Shown one piece after another: positions 1 to 11,244 of a stretch of 56,727 bases of DNA; the first letter of the stretch is position 1; every line of letters starts with the position of its first letter. The translations under genes were made by a program, and so were the position numbers. Below the pieces are notes generated by a model. The model was not told the DNA's origin and searched no databases. It was given only the letters and a program-made list of their open reading frames with translations. The stretch covers positions 4,703,248-4,759,974 of the forward strand of contig BFEA01000010.1 of assembly GCA_003427395.1 (NCBI GenBank), in the 5' to 3' direction. This stretch comes from Chara braunii (lineage: Eukaryota > Plantae > Charophyceae).

Positions 1-230
1 TGTGCTGTTCTTCCCCTATGATTTGGGTTGTTCACACTTGTGCTTTTCACTCATGTGGTAGGTAGGAGTGTTCCGATTCTCCCTTGAGTGTTGTGCTGTT
101 CTTCCCTTGTGATTTAGATTGTTCACACTTGTGCTTTTCACTCATATAGTAGGTAGGAGTGTTCCGATTCTCCCTTGAGTGTTTGTGATGCTCTTCTCTT
201 GTGATCTTGGCTGCCCATATTTATGTTGTT
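1..230. repeat. 91-bp tandem array (LTR internal)
   Basis: Unit TGTGCTGTTCTTCCC...GATTCTCCCTTGAGTGT restarts at 92; the same unit occurs at 23030-23267. Confidence 0.9.
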
Positions 231-479
231 CACTCAATAAACTAGGAAGCAGTGCTCCGATTCCTTAAAGTCTGCAGTTTTTTGTAAATTCGGTGTTTGC
301 TGCAAATTTTGTATCATCTGCAATTTCTGAATTTTCTGCAGTTTTTTTTGCAAGGTTGTGAATTTTTTGCAATTTCGATGTGGGGTACAAACCGGTGGCT
401 CTTGGTTGAGGTAGTGATAGGTGCATAGGTGGTAAATAGGAAGAGTCTCGGACTTATGGGCAAACAAGGCGGCACTATA

Positions 480-1170
480 CCCACACCTTCTTCTTCCCCT
501 TCCATCTCCCACACCCATCCACCATAGCCAAAGCGCCCCACACCTTCTTCCTCCTTCATCTCCCACACCCATCCGCCATAGCCGAGCACCCCACACGTTC
601 TTCCTCCTCCATCTCCCACACACATCCACCATAGCCAAGCACCACACACCTCCCTCCTTCTCCATCTCCCACACCCATCCTCCATAGCCTAGCACCACAC
701 GCCTTCTTCCTCCTCCATCTCCCACACCTGTCCACCATAGCCAAACACCTCCCACCTCCCTCCTCCTCCATCTCCCACATAGCCAAGCACCTCCCACCTT
801 CTTCCTCCTCCATCTCCCACACCCGTCCACCATAGCCAAGCATCCCACACCTTCTTCTTCCTCCATCTCCCACACCCGCCCACCATAGCCAAGCACCTCC
901 CACCTTCTTCCTCCTCCATCTCCCTCACTCGTCCACCATAGCAAAGCACCCCACACCTTCTTCCTCCTCCATCTCCCACATCCATCCACCATAGCCAAGC
1001 ACCTTCTACCTTCTTCCTCGTCCATCTTCTTCACCCATCCACCATAGCCAAGCACCTTCCACCTTCTCCTTCCTCCTTCTCCTTCACCCATCCACCACAG
1101 CCGGACCTCTTGCGCCTCCTCCCTCCTTCGTCTCCTTCACCCACCCTCCATAGCCAGGCACCTTGTACCT
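480..1170. repeat. ~53-bp C-rich tandem array (LTR internal)
   Basis: About 12 copies of CCATAGCCAAGCACCTCCCACCTTCTTCCTCCTCCATCTCCCACACCCGTCCA. Confidence 0.92.
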
Positions 1171-1311
1171 TCTCCCTCCCCCGTCTTCTTCCAGTACCCG
1201 TGTATCATGCTCAAGTAGGGCGACTAAGGGGCATGAGGCGTCTTGGGTAGGGTAGGCGGGCGATTAAGAAGTGAGTTTGATTAGGCCTAGGGGTCGCTTT
1301 CTCTTTCTCCT

Positions 1312-1319
<8 letters not shown>

Positions 1320-1383
<64 letters not shown>

Positions 1384-1398
1384 CTCGCTCTCTCTCTC
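1320..1398. repeat. (CT)n microsatellite
   Basis: Direct reading; counterpart (GA)n at ~27683-27716 in copy B. Confidence 0.95.
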
Positions 1399-1510
1399 CT
1401 CCCTTGTACCTTCTCTTCGTCCGCCGCTTCTCCTTTCATCAACGTCCCCCTTCCCGGGCACCCCAAGTAACCTCACCTTTTCCCTCCCCGTCTTTTGCTC
1501 TTGACACGTG

Positions 1511-1901
1511 ACTAACCGCCACCCTCACTTGTTACATTGCTAGGGGGCGAACGGTGAAAAGAGGCAGCCTCACTTGGTGGAGAAAGAGGGCAAGGGGAGG
1601 GCAGCCGGTCCCTTGCCCCACCAAGAAGGAGCAAAGTGAAAGACTTGTGAACTTGGAAATGCGGAATCGTTGAAAAGAAAAGTGAAGACAAGTGCAAGTT
1701 TTGTGCAAGGTCCGTTGACTCAACCGTTTCCCCGACCGCATGACTAAGGGAAGAGCATGGCTTGACTGCGGGAAGAAAGGAGAAGGGTGAAAGAACCATG
1801 GAAGAGGAAAGGACTTAGGCTTGCGGTAAGGGCGATGCGTTGACCCCAATGGGGAGGAATGGATGTTGTTCCTTGCTTGTGTGGGAATTGTGCAGGTGAG
1901 T
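1511..1901 (+). promoter_or_regulatory. Putative leader exon in LTR: branch point ACTAAC 1511-1516, acceptor TAG 1541-1543, donor CAG|GTGAGT at 1896
   Basis: All three signals are conserved in the B LTR on the minus strand: CTAAC 27531-27527, CAG 27499-27497, CAG|GTAAGT 27161-27153. Confidence 0.65.
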
Positions 1902-2351
1902 AGCTTGGAATGACTTGAGCGGGATTGGGATGAGGATAAGCAAACTAGAGGAGGACCAAAGGGAAGCAAAGGGAAGGGAAGAGAGGGGCATGGCTTCGTA
2001 TGGTATGAGTGTGCCTTGGTTGTTGCGTGCAAAATGGACACCCGAAAAGACTAAGGGTCGCAATGGTATCGTGAATGGAATGCGTGGGCTAGACAAAGGA
2101 AATGGTAGCAGCTTAGGGGAAAGACGGCATAGCCGCGCCCCGATGATGTCGGAAGTATGTCGTGACGTTAGGGAAATGGTGTGTGGCCTAAGGATGACGC
2201 TTAGCCCTACGCACGAAAAGAAGAGAAATCTCCAATAAACCCCCTGGACTGCCTGAGTATTGGAAGGAGCAATTGCTTGTGAACACAACGGGGAATCGAG
2301 AATCTACGTTTGCGACAGCTGACCAGCGAGGCTACCACCCAATGCAAGGGA

Positions 2352-2365
2352 TGAGCTACATCCCC
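2352..2365 (+). promoter_or_regulatory. U5 box complementary to the 5' end of tRNA-Ala
   Basis: TGAGCTACATCCCC is the reverse complement of GGGGATGTAGCTCA, the plant cytosolic tRNA-Ala 5' end as I recall it; 13 nt conserved in B (26188-26200). Confidence 0.6.
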
Positions 2366-2545
2366 AATGTTAAGCTCTCTCGCCCTATTAGCCCATCCCC
2401 ATCCATACCAAAGCACTAGGTGGGGGTGGCCCTGGGACGAATGACCTGCGCCCTGAGCTTGAGCGTGGGCGGGTCGAGCCAAATGGGACCCGCAGTTGGG
2501 TCGACAAAAGGCTCGAAAGTCTACCGAGGTTAGGCCCGACAAAAA

Positions 2546-2564
2546 TGGTGGAGATGACGGGTAT
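2546..2564 (+). promoter_or_regulatory. Primer binding site, tRNA-Ala
   Basis: TGGTGGAGATGACGGGTAT immediately after the LTR end; plant tRNA-Ala 3' end ...ATACCCCGCATCTCCACCA predicts TGGTGGAGATGCGGGGTAT. Confidence 0.85.
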
Positions 2565-4188
2565 GGGTTAAACTGACCCATACGATCTCGAGGGGGGCGC
2601 CCAACGCATGTGCGCAAACATAAAGAGAAGGAACGAGGACTTGTGTATGCTCTATTCCCTTGAGAGAATCAGATTTGAGGGCGGCTGGGCGCATGGCAAG
2701 GCCAGGCCTGGAGGAATAACATGTGTGATGTGCACTTATTTAGCCACCGCCTCGTGGGGTGACTCTAGTCCTCCTTCTTCCGGCGTTGGTGTTCACCAGT
2801 CCGGGGAAGCCTTAGGCAAGCCGCAGGTCGACTCTTCCTCTTCGTGTGCAAAAAGGGCTCCAGTTACCTGGCAGGCGGTTGGTGCTCGGCCTAGGCCAGG
2901 TTCCAATGAAAATCCCGCGGCGGAGTGATCCGACCGACATGGGTGCCTTCGTCTCTCTTCTTCTGAGCCCAGCGGGCTCCTTGCACTTTCACTTGAAATG
3001 CTTGAAGGAACCTCATATGAACAAAATGGTAATCGAGAAGGAACAATCCCGCCCTATGAAAGGACACACAAGTGAAGATGAGGGGAATGAAGGGAGTTGC
3101 TAGACTCCAAGAAAACTAGCTCACCTTTGAAGATGCTCACGAAAAGGAACCGGGCACGATGTATGGATACTAGGGGTGAGTGGCACACACGGTCCCGAGA
3201 GAAAAGCGTGAGGCAGGGGTAGGAAGCGTTGGGAGCACTATGGGAAATGCACTTGTATTGTATGTGTCCTACTTGGGACTTATGGTCTGCATGAATGGGG
3301 AACTGAGTGTTCTGCCATTTCGGAAGGAAAGGGTGGGTCTGCACCGGCTGGTCCGGGTTGTGAAACGTCGTTTTCTTCGGGTAGGCTGTCGGGCTTTCAT
3401 GTGCAAGGTCACGCCACCGAACCGTTGGGCGGGTGTTGGCACGCCGGTTAATTAGTAGCATTCTCGCCTATGGTGGGCCCGAGCTTGGCTCGGCGCCTTG
3501 TCCAGGCAGGGTGCGAAACGTCTCCTCAGGCGGGGCCTGGCCTGTTGACGGGCGGGGGGGGGCATTGCATGTGGGGCCCGGAGGGATCTCCGGAGGCGAT
3601 TAGTAGCCTCTTGCGGTACGGCGGTAAAGGCTGATTCTTATCGGACCAATGAATGTGAATGCCCAGACGACTGACTTTTGTCCCTACCGGGGTATGCGGG
3701 GTGATTCCCGGTGCCAACGAGGGTGTGCGAGAGCGGCAATACGGGATGGGGTATTCTGGGCAACAAGGTGAGGGTGACCCCCCACTAGAGTCTGGGTACC
3801 ACGATCGCGACGGTTGAGTTGCGCTTGAGGTACGGGATAAAACTCTGCCGAAAGTAACAGTGGAGAGACCACTATGGGATAGGGTCGGTGAGGAGCTTCT
3901 GAGTCTATTCCCGGCTCCTATCTGAGTCCGCACGAGTGAGAGAGGAAGGAAAAGAGCAAGGATAGGAGTCGAAAGGAAAGGAACTAAGAGAAGGAATGTT
4001 GGCGGATGGTGACCGATTTTGGGTACGACGGGGCAACGGTGCTTGGGAAATGGGCAAAGGTAGAATTTAGGGAGACCTTGATGAGGGGTCTAAAACAATT
4101 CTCATCTAGGACTACGGCTGACCTAACCGAGGGCCAATTGGTGCTCTCTTTTAAAAAAAACAGGACTCGGCAACTGGGGAAGGACAAG

Positions 4189-4884
4189 ATGGCACGGTGG
4201 TTATCCTCGCCAACCTACTCCGGCGGACCAGAGATGCCGGTAGACGTGAAGGGTGGGGTGTCGGTTGTAATGCCGGAGGAAGGAACTTGGACGGACGTGG
4301 AGCTGGCATACCAAACTGTGATGCTGGTTGAGAGTGATACCTTTCCTATGGATCGAAACAATGTGGACCAGGGTTAGTTTGACAAGGTTAGCGCCAAGCC
4401 TACTGGACTTAGAGTTTTGGGGGACCGCGGAGGCCCGGGGATGGGTCTACTTGTCTAAGGAAAAGAAAAACGCCATGATTATAGAGCTTGCCTTAGGAGT
4501 ACTCCCGAACAAATTGTTCAAGGACGCCGAGCGGGAAGTGGTGTGGGCTGCGTGCCAGCGGGTGGAAATGGTGATGGACCTCTTCATGGTAGATGCCGTC
4601 TTCAGCACCCGGAGTAGGCTGGTGCGGATATGCAGATCCATGGCAAGCCTGGGACTATACCAAAGGACCCGCCAGTACTCTTTCCGTCTGAGCTGGCCAC
4701 GATACTGAACCATCTTAGTACGGATGGCCTGTTCGTCCCGAGCGACGTGCATTGGAAGCTAGTATATAGGAGTTTCGCAATAGGGGAGACATTTTTGGAA
4801 GGGGTACACGACCTGTGGTATGAGGAGGACGAAGACGACTCGGATGAGGAAGAGGGGATAAAGATTGAGGATTGGGATTTCTAA
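4189..4884 (+). pseudogene. Accessory ORF X1 (paralog 1 of unknown family), 2 frameshifts
   Basis: Pieces MARWL..VSVVMP / FLWIETMW..VYLSKE..ELALGVLPNKLFKDAER / ..LVYRSFAIGETFLEGVHDLWYEE share motifs with X2-X4. Confidence 0.65.
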
Positions 4885-4943
4885 AAGAAAGGGGGTCAGG
4901 GCTGTATGGCATGGGTGGATTGGGGCTGTGCAGGGGATCAAGG

Positions 4944-5696
4944 ATGGCAAGGGAGCAAAGCATGATGGAACAGATGTTTAGAGGATGGACACCTAGGTGG
5001 TTCGGGGAAGAGGTGGAGATGGTCCTACCCACGAGAAACGAATGGAGAGGGGCGGCCTGTGACTAGGTAGGGGTAGAAGTCGTAACCGCCTTGTCCTTTC
5101 TATGGGTAGAGAGAGTATGGAACCCGGTCAGGGGAAGCGAGGCGTGGGATGAGATAGCTGAGGGGAAGGTGGAGTCACTCGGGACCGTGTACTTGTCAAA
5201 GGAGGGGTGACATCTGTTTTGTGTATGCCTAGCTGCCGGGTGGGACCCGACATGGATCTTAGGGGAGGCCGAGCGATTGACCTGGGAAATGGGCCGCGAA
5301 TTCACGAATGAAGGATGGGATGAAGTAAGGAGGAGGGTCGTGCTGGGAGGATGGGAGGAGCTTAGGTTACCGTATCAGCTGGTTCAGACCGGGGTCCCGC
5401 ACTTCGTGGCAATTTGGTTCGGAGGGTACGAACACATCCGAGCGGTCGCGGAATCATCGAGTGAGGTGGATCTGGGGTTCACCTGGCTAGCGGACGCCTA
5501 CTACAGGACCTCGCTACGACTAGGACCCTTCTACGAGGATCGCGCCAAAGAAGTGGTCGAAATCCTGAAGGCCCTTAGGGACGACTGGCTCGAGATAGAG
5601 GATGAGGTCGAGAAGGCGATACTCCGCCGAGAGGTAGGCACGGCGCCTTCGTATGTAGGAGATGTTTTTCTGCTGTTTGAACGGGTCTGGGTGTAA
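4944..5696 (+). pseudogene. Accessory ORF X2, 2 in-frame stops at Trp positions
   Basis: One frame: MAREQ..VEMVLPT..D*VGVE..FLWVERVW..VYLSKEG*..LAAGWDP..ILRREVGTAPSYVGDVFLLFE. Confidence 0.75.
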
Positions 5697-5860
5697 GTGT
5701 AAGCCTAGGGGGTGTCGTAAAAAGGGACATGAGCGCATAAGGGAGACGGATAGCGCAGTCGCAACTGAGGGGCGAGGGAGGGGGTTCTAGGACTAAAAAG
5801 AGAAACGTGAAATCGTGATGGATGCAGCCGTTAGGAGGCAGGAGCAGGAGGCGGCGCGAC

Positions 5861-6577
5861 ATGGCTGGACGAAGGACACTCTAGGAGGAGCTACCGCGCA
5901 GGATCCAGCCGCCGCGACTCATGGAGGGAAGGGTGGAAGTTACCATGCCGACCAGGGGTGGGGTGTACAACCTTGTGATGGATTGGGTGGGGGTGGAGCT
6001 AGCAGAAGATACAGTATACCTGGTGGTGGAACTAGAGTGGCGCGCGAGGGGGGAATTTGGGGGTATAAGCCTGGACCTGCCAGGGCGCGTGCACGCCACA
6101 CGATCATTGCACCTATCGAAAGAGGGGTGGCGAACGTTTGGGTTGGCCTTGGCCGACGACGGTGACCCCGTGCAGATGTTTGACGGGGCGTGGCAAGTAA
6201 CCCGGAGGGAAGGGTTCGCATTCGCGGATCTGGAGCGAGACGACGTGACGGCAACCGTTCGGGTGCTCGAAGTGGGGGCCTGTATCTTGCCCCACAAAAT
6301 GGGGCGCGTTGAGCTGGCGGTGGTCGTGTTGACTAGGCTAAGCTTTAACGACATGACGGTGTGCCAAGAGTATTACCGAGCCTTCTTAGAGCTGGGCCCT
6401 TTTGAAGGAGACCAGGAATATGAGGTGTTGAGAATCCTACATGTTATCATAGCGACCAGGCGAGGAGTGCCCACGATAGCTGAGGAAGTTTTGTGGGAGG
6501 TGGTTAGGCGCGAGATAGGTTGCGGCTTGACCTATGTGGATGATGTCTACCGGCTATTCGAGGAGGTGGACGAATAG
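5861..6577 (+). pseudogene. Accessory ORF X3 (218 aa open from 5921; stop at 5882)
   Basis: VEVTMPT..DWVGVEL..LHLSKEGWRTFG..VVRREIGCGLTYVDDVYRLFEE; ortholog in B at 56613-55798. Confidence 0.8.
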
Positions 6578-6718
6578 GGGCGCAGGAAAGGAGGAAGGGA
6601 AAATAGGGAGAGATTGGTGGGAAACTAGAACGTAGCTGTGATAACAGGGGGGAGGATATGGGGAAAATAAAAAGAGAGATTTTTTTCTTATTTTTCTGTG
6701 TGGGAAACTTGCAGGGCA

Positions 6719-7504
6719 ATGGCAAGGAGACACGTCCGTACGGCGCAGCGACCCGCGCACCCGCGACCGTCCTTGGAAATCGGCAAAGGATGGGAAGTGT
6801 CGCTCCCGGCGAGCAACGAGGTCCGGGGAACAAATGTGGAATGGCGAGCTGTGATCTTGGGGCAAAACCAGGCCTTCATGTTGGTGGAATGCCCGTGGAG
6901 TGGGATGAGATTTAACAGGGGGCCAGGGGACGATCTGTATACCGACCTCAGGGTGACCAGGACTCTGTACCTCCCTGAGACCGGGTGGCAAATGTTGGGA
7001 ACGGAATTGGCCCTGGGGCATGGGTTGTTGCCGATTTTTCGGAGAGCGGCCAGGGCACTAAACCGGATAGGGCACGAAGTTAGGGGGAGAAGAAACGTGG
7101 GCTTAAGGACGCGGGTAGAAGTAGGGGGATGGCGAGAGTTCAGGGCCCCGACATCCGGCCTGCGCTGCCGGGTGCCCCGGTTCATGGTAAACTTGATATT
7201 CGGAAGTCTCTCTCGGGCAAGGGAGTTGGTCAGTTCGACCGTAGTCTGGAACCACCACTTCCAGCCGCAAACGACAGGGATGTTTTCCAACGTGGCAGTG
7301 AGGTACGGGCTGTTTTGGGGAAACCGGGTGCGTGAACTGCTTTAGCTCATTGAGATATTAATATTTGGGGCGCCTCGCCTATCCTTCGAGGAATATGAGC
7401 CAATAATCATTAAGGAAATTGACATGGGGGAGAACTACCTTGCGGGAGTGGCGAGGTTGTTCGAAGAGCCAGACGAAGAGGGTGGGCCTGAGGAGCCGGT
7501 GTGA
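6719..7504 (+). pseudogene. Accessory ORF X4 (one in-frame stop at 7343)
   Basis: WEVSLPAS..EWRAV..LVECPW..TLYLPETGW..IIKEIDMGENYLAGVARLFEE; ortholog in B at 55653-54863. Confidence 0.82.
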
Positions 7505-7969
7505 GCAAAACGCCGGGGAAGGCAGCAGGGATAAGGTCTTTCAAAAGGAACGGCGGAGGCTAATAAGCCGGCAAAAAGGCAGCGGCCAGAGTCCTTTCTC
7601 GACCAGGGGTGTGGTAGGAAGGATAAGGATGGACACATCGACCAAAAGGGCGAAGAAATGCGGGGGGTGAACAAAAGAAGGAGGAGGCCCGACCACAGGG
7701 GTGGGAAAGCCTACCCACCTTGAAGGCCCCGTCCTCGAAACAGGGGAGAGGCAGACCGAGAACACCAGCCATGGCCATTAGAGTCGGTACGAAGGAATAA
7801 GTGGAGTTTCATAATAAGTAAGGAAACCATGAAAATGATGTGGTAAGAAGAAAAAGGGGAGATTGCGGGTGAGAAAGAATATGGGGGTTAAGAGAACCCT
7901 GAAGGTTGAGACCTACCTGTCGTGTCGGAAATTTTTTTTTTCCATATACAGGGCTAGAGAGAGGAAGAA

Positions 7970-10900
7970 ATGGCAACGGGCGAGGGTGCCGGAAGTCAGC
8001 AGGACGACGAGAACCAGGGTGTAGACGAAGATGTAGAGCGGGAAGAGGACGCCTTAGGGGACCGGGAGTCAACAAAGTCGCCAGGGGCTAGAGAAGGGAG
8101 TAAGGAAATCGTCCCCGGTGGAAGCTCGGGGAAGGGCGGAGGAAGCAAGCGAGGCAGGAAACTAAGGAGGTTAGAGACAAAGGCAGCCCAACGCGCCAGC
8201 ACCTGGAAGGCGCGAAACATAAGAAGGTAAGACTGACATATACGCGGAAGAGGCTGGCAGAAATAGAAAGGAGGACGGCATAATTTAGGGCAAAATTACT
8301 GGAAGAAATAATGAACGAGAGCGAGAGGAACTCGGTTGGCGGAAGGATACGAGAGGAAGAGGAGGCAAGTCAAGGGAAAGGGGGCCAGGACGCGAACATA
8401 CAACAGAGGAAGGATCGGGTCAAGGATCCCAAGGGGACCCCAACGAGGAAAGAGAAGGAAAAAGCGGACTCTCCCGGAAGCGACGTAGAGAGACCTATCA
8501 ACCCGCCTCTCTTGGATAGTGGCGCGAGCTGACCTTCGGCGTTCCCGGCAATCGCTAGGGGGTGCGAGGGACTCTGGAATCGGGAGAGAGTGCTGGGGTG
8601 GTTTGATCCGGAAGGGACTGCGAGGACGAGAGGAAGACCAGACACAAGCAAGGAAGATTTGGGGGCCGGATCGGCGGCAGGGTCAGGAATGGTCGAAGGA
8701 GGGCTTAGGAAAGTCGTGTCATCTCTCACCTGCGCGTTAAGCAAAAATCAGGGATACTTGGCCGACGCTAAGAAGAAACTGACCTTTGACGGAGAAAACA
8801 TCACTAAGTTCCTGATAGATTATGAGAACTTGGCGGCACTCCTGAGGTGGAGCAAGGAAGAGAAGATGGAGCACTTAGGGCAGCACGTGTCGTTGAACCT
8901 AGGGAGGGACATAATGGCAATTGTCGCCACGAGTGGGTCGTGGAAGGAGGCTCGAGACGTGATGATGAGAAAGTACTTGGCAGTCGAGAAGATGGCCACG
9001 AAAGCAGAATTGGCCATTGTGCAAAGAAAGGACTTCGCAACGTACAATGACTTCCTGAGAGAGCTTACTATCGTAGCGCTGTGCATCCCCGGGGTGACCG
9101 ATCGAATAATGAGCAAGTATTTCCTAAGACAGTTCACAAAGTTCGATAAGGACAAAATCCTGTCAGCCTACCAGCAAACAACAAAATTCCTGAACACGAG
9201 GGATGTTGACTTCAGCACGATAACCGACATTGCGGAGAAAATGGTCGTAACCGACTCACTGGCCCTGTTAAAGGAAGGGGAAGTCATAGACCTAACGGGC
9301 AAGACGGGTGATAAGATAAAGAGAGGGATCGAAAGTCTGCATGAGTGCGTTCATGGGGTAGACGGGAAAATCGAGAGAGTAGAGAACGCCCTGATGGTAA
9401 TGCAAGCCCAGGTCTCGCAGAGCCAGGCAGTGCGGCCTCCCCTCCCGCCTCAAGAAACGATCGCGCCCGCAGGTATAGCCAACCGTGGGAACAACCGAAG
9501 GGACCCGGCCAACGAGCAGTGCAAATATTGCACGCTGATCGGACACTTCGTAAGGATGTGCCCGAGACTTAACCATGATATCATGCTTAAACGGTGCTCC
9601 AGAACCCTACACGGAGAAATTTTAGGACCTCGGGGGGAGAGAATAAATTGGAATTCGCCAGGAGGAATCCGTACGACCGTGATCGCATTCAACAACCTAG
9701 ACGCCGTTGTAGTAGAAGTTGAGCCTGTGGCAGAACTCACTTGGGGGCAGGCGCAGGGACGAGGGCCCCAGGCCAATTTCATCATGGAAAGCGATGAACG
9801 GGATAGGGTTAACGTGACCACTAGGCAATGGACCGCCGCAAAAAAGGTCGTGCAAGATGCGATCATGGAGGATGCGCAGGAAGGACCGAGTATGTCACCA
9901 GGAGTAACAGAGTCGGATCAGGACAGAGCTTATGGGAAACCTAGGGATGACCCCGTCGATAAGGCAACAACGACAAAAAAGAAGTTCCGGTACCAGATAC
10001 CCATCCTCGCCACGCCGGAGATCGATGACACCCTTAGTAAATTGTTAGGGACCATGGTGTCGGTATCATTCCAGACGATGTTGCAGGCTAGCCCTAGACT
10101 TCTCAAGGGACTCAGGCACCTATTAACAAGGCAAAGGGTCGAAGTAGAGGAGGAACCAGGGCACCGGGAAGAAGACAAGCAAGAAGAAACACCGCAAGAA
10201 GTCGCAAACTTCCAGAGGGTCCCCGACAACCTAGAGGACTTGGAAAAAGTTTTTGCGGACATTCAGCTGAGCCTGCCAGATCGGGAGGGAGGCTAAGTCA
10301 TGAGGGCCCCTCCCGGTACGAAGTTAAGCTTTTACGCATTACCGGTAGGCAAGCTATGGGTTCAGATCGGTTGCCACCATACGGATGCGCTAGTAGACGG
10401 CGGGGCTGAGATCACGCTCATACGAAAGGACTTCGCGACGATCGTCGGGTGCCCGATAAACAGGGAAACTACTAGGAGTGTCCGGGGAGCTGGCGGGGAA
10501 ATCCCCTTCTCCGGGTATGTCACCAAATGCGCGGTCAAAGTTGGGGTCAGGGAGTCTATATGGTCGTTCCAACGGATGACCGTCATGGACGAAATGGACC
10601 ATGACATAATCCTCGGAAGACCGTGGTGTGCAAATGTGGAAATGATAGGCATACATCTCCATGATGGGGCATATATGGTGGGCATAGAGGACCCAGTAAC
10701 GGGACGCGGCGAGTTGCTCCGCCTCATCGAAACTGGGGGAGACACGCCTAAAGGGAAATTGGCAACCTAGTCGCCTTCCTTCGAGGAGAGCGCTAGAAAG
10801 GGGGCTTTCGCGCGAATGGAAGGAATGAGAGAGAGGGTGGAAATAATGATAGAAGAGGCATTCAGCAAGAAGGAGTGGGTCAAGATGGGGCTCCCACAGA

Positions 10901-11244
10901 AAAAGTGGAGGCCGGATGAAGATGCCCTAGGAGTCATGGTAGTGGAAAAGGAAACAGAAGTGGAACTGGGAGCGAGCCTGCCGAAGCGCGAAGAGGCCCG
11001 AGGCGAAGGCACCAGGATAGCACTGAAAATTCCGGACCTGCTCCACCTAATCAAGGCGATCAGGTATCACAAGGTAGGAGTTGACACCGCCTCTCTCTCC
11101 AGGTTTGAGGAAGAAGTTCGAAAAGGCTACTGTCTGAACGGTGAGTTAGTTAGCATCCAGCCTCGGATTGCGGAAGTAGTGCAGGCAGCCCCGACGGTTT
11201 ATTTTTTAGAAGAAAATCCCGGAAGGAAGCGTTCGCAAATATAA
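7970..11244 (+). pseudogene. gag: Gag-protease region with long N-terminal extension (frameshift and stops)
   Basis: LTFDGENITKFL gag-like motif; CCHC knuckle CKYCTLIGHFVRMC; aspartic protease ALVDGGAEITLI...IILGRPW. Gag and PR are in the same frame (TAA at 10294 is Glu in B). Confidence 0.9.

Larger units (their letters stand above)
1..2541 (+). repeat. 5' LTR of copy A (downstream part)
   Basis: Ends GGCCCGACA, the inverted match to LTR start TGTCGG(G/A)ACC, with a PBS 5 nt later. 240-2540 is homologous to the reverse complement of ~26012-29250. Confidence 0.88.

Noticed and set aside
234-1504. Long ORFs over the 53-bp array and CT tract (also 16842-17516, 18539-19465, 32326-32754)
   Set aside because: Translations of tandem or simple repeats.
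11141-11209. Ogre-like intron between PR and RT (G|GTGAGT...TTTTTTAG)
   Set aside because: Removing 69 nt does not reach the RT frame; the donor is absent in B and the segment is conserved as protein.
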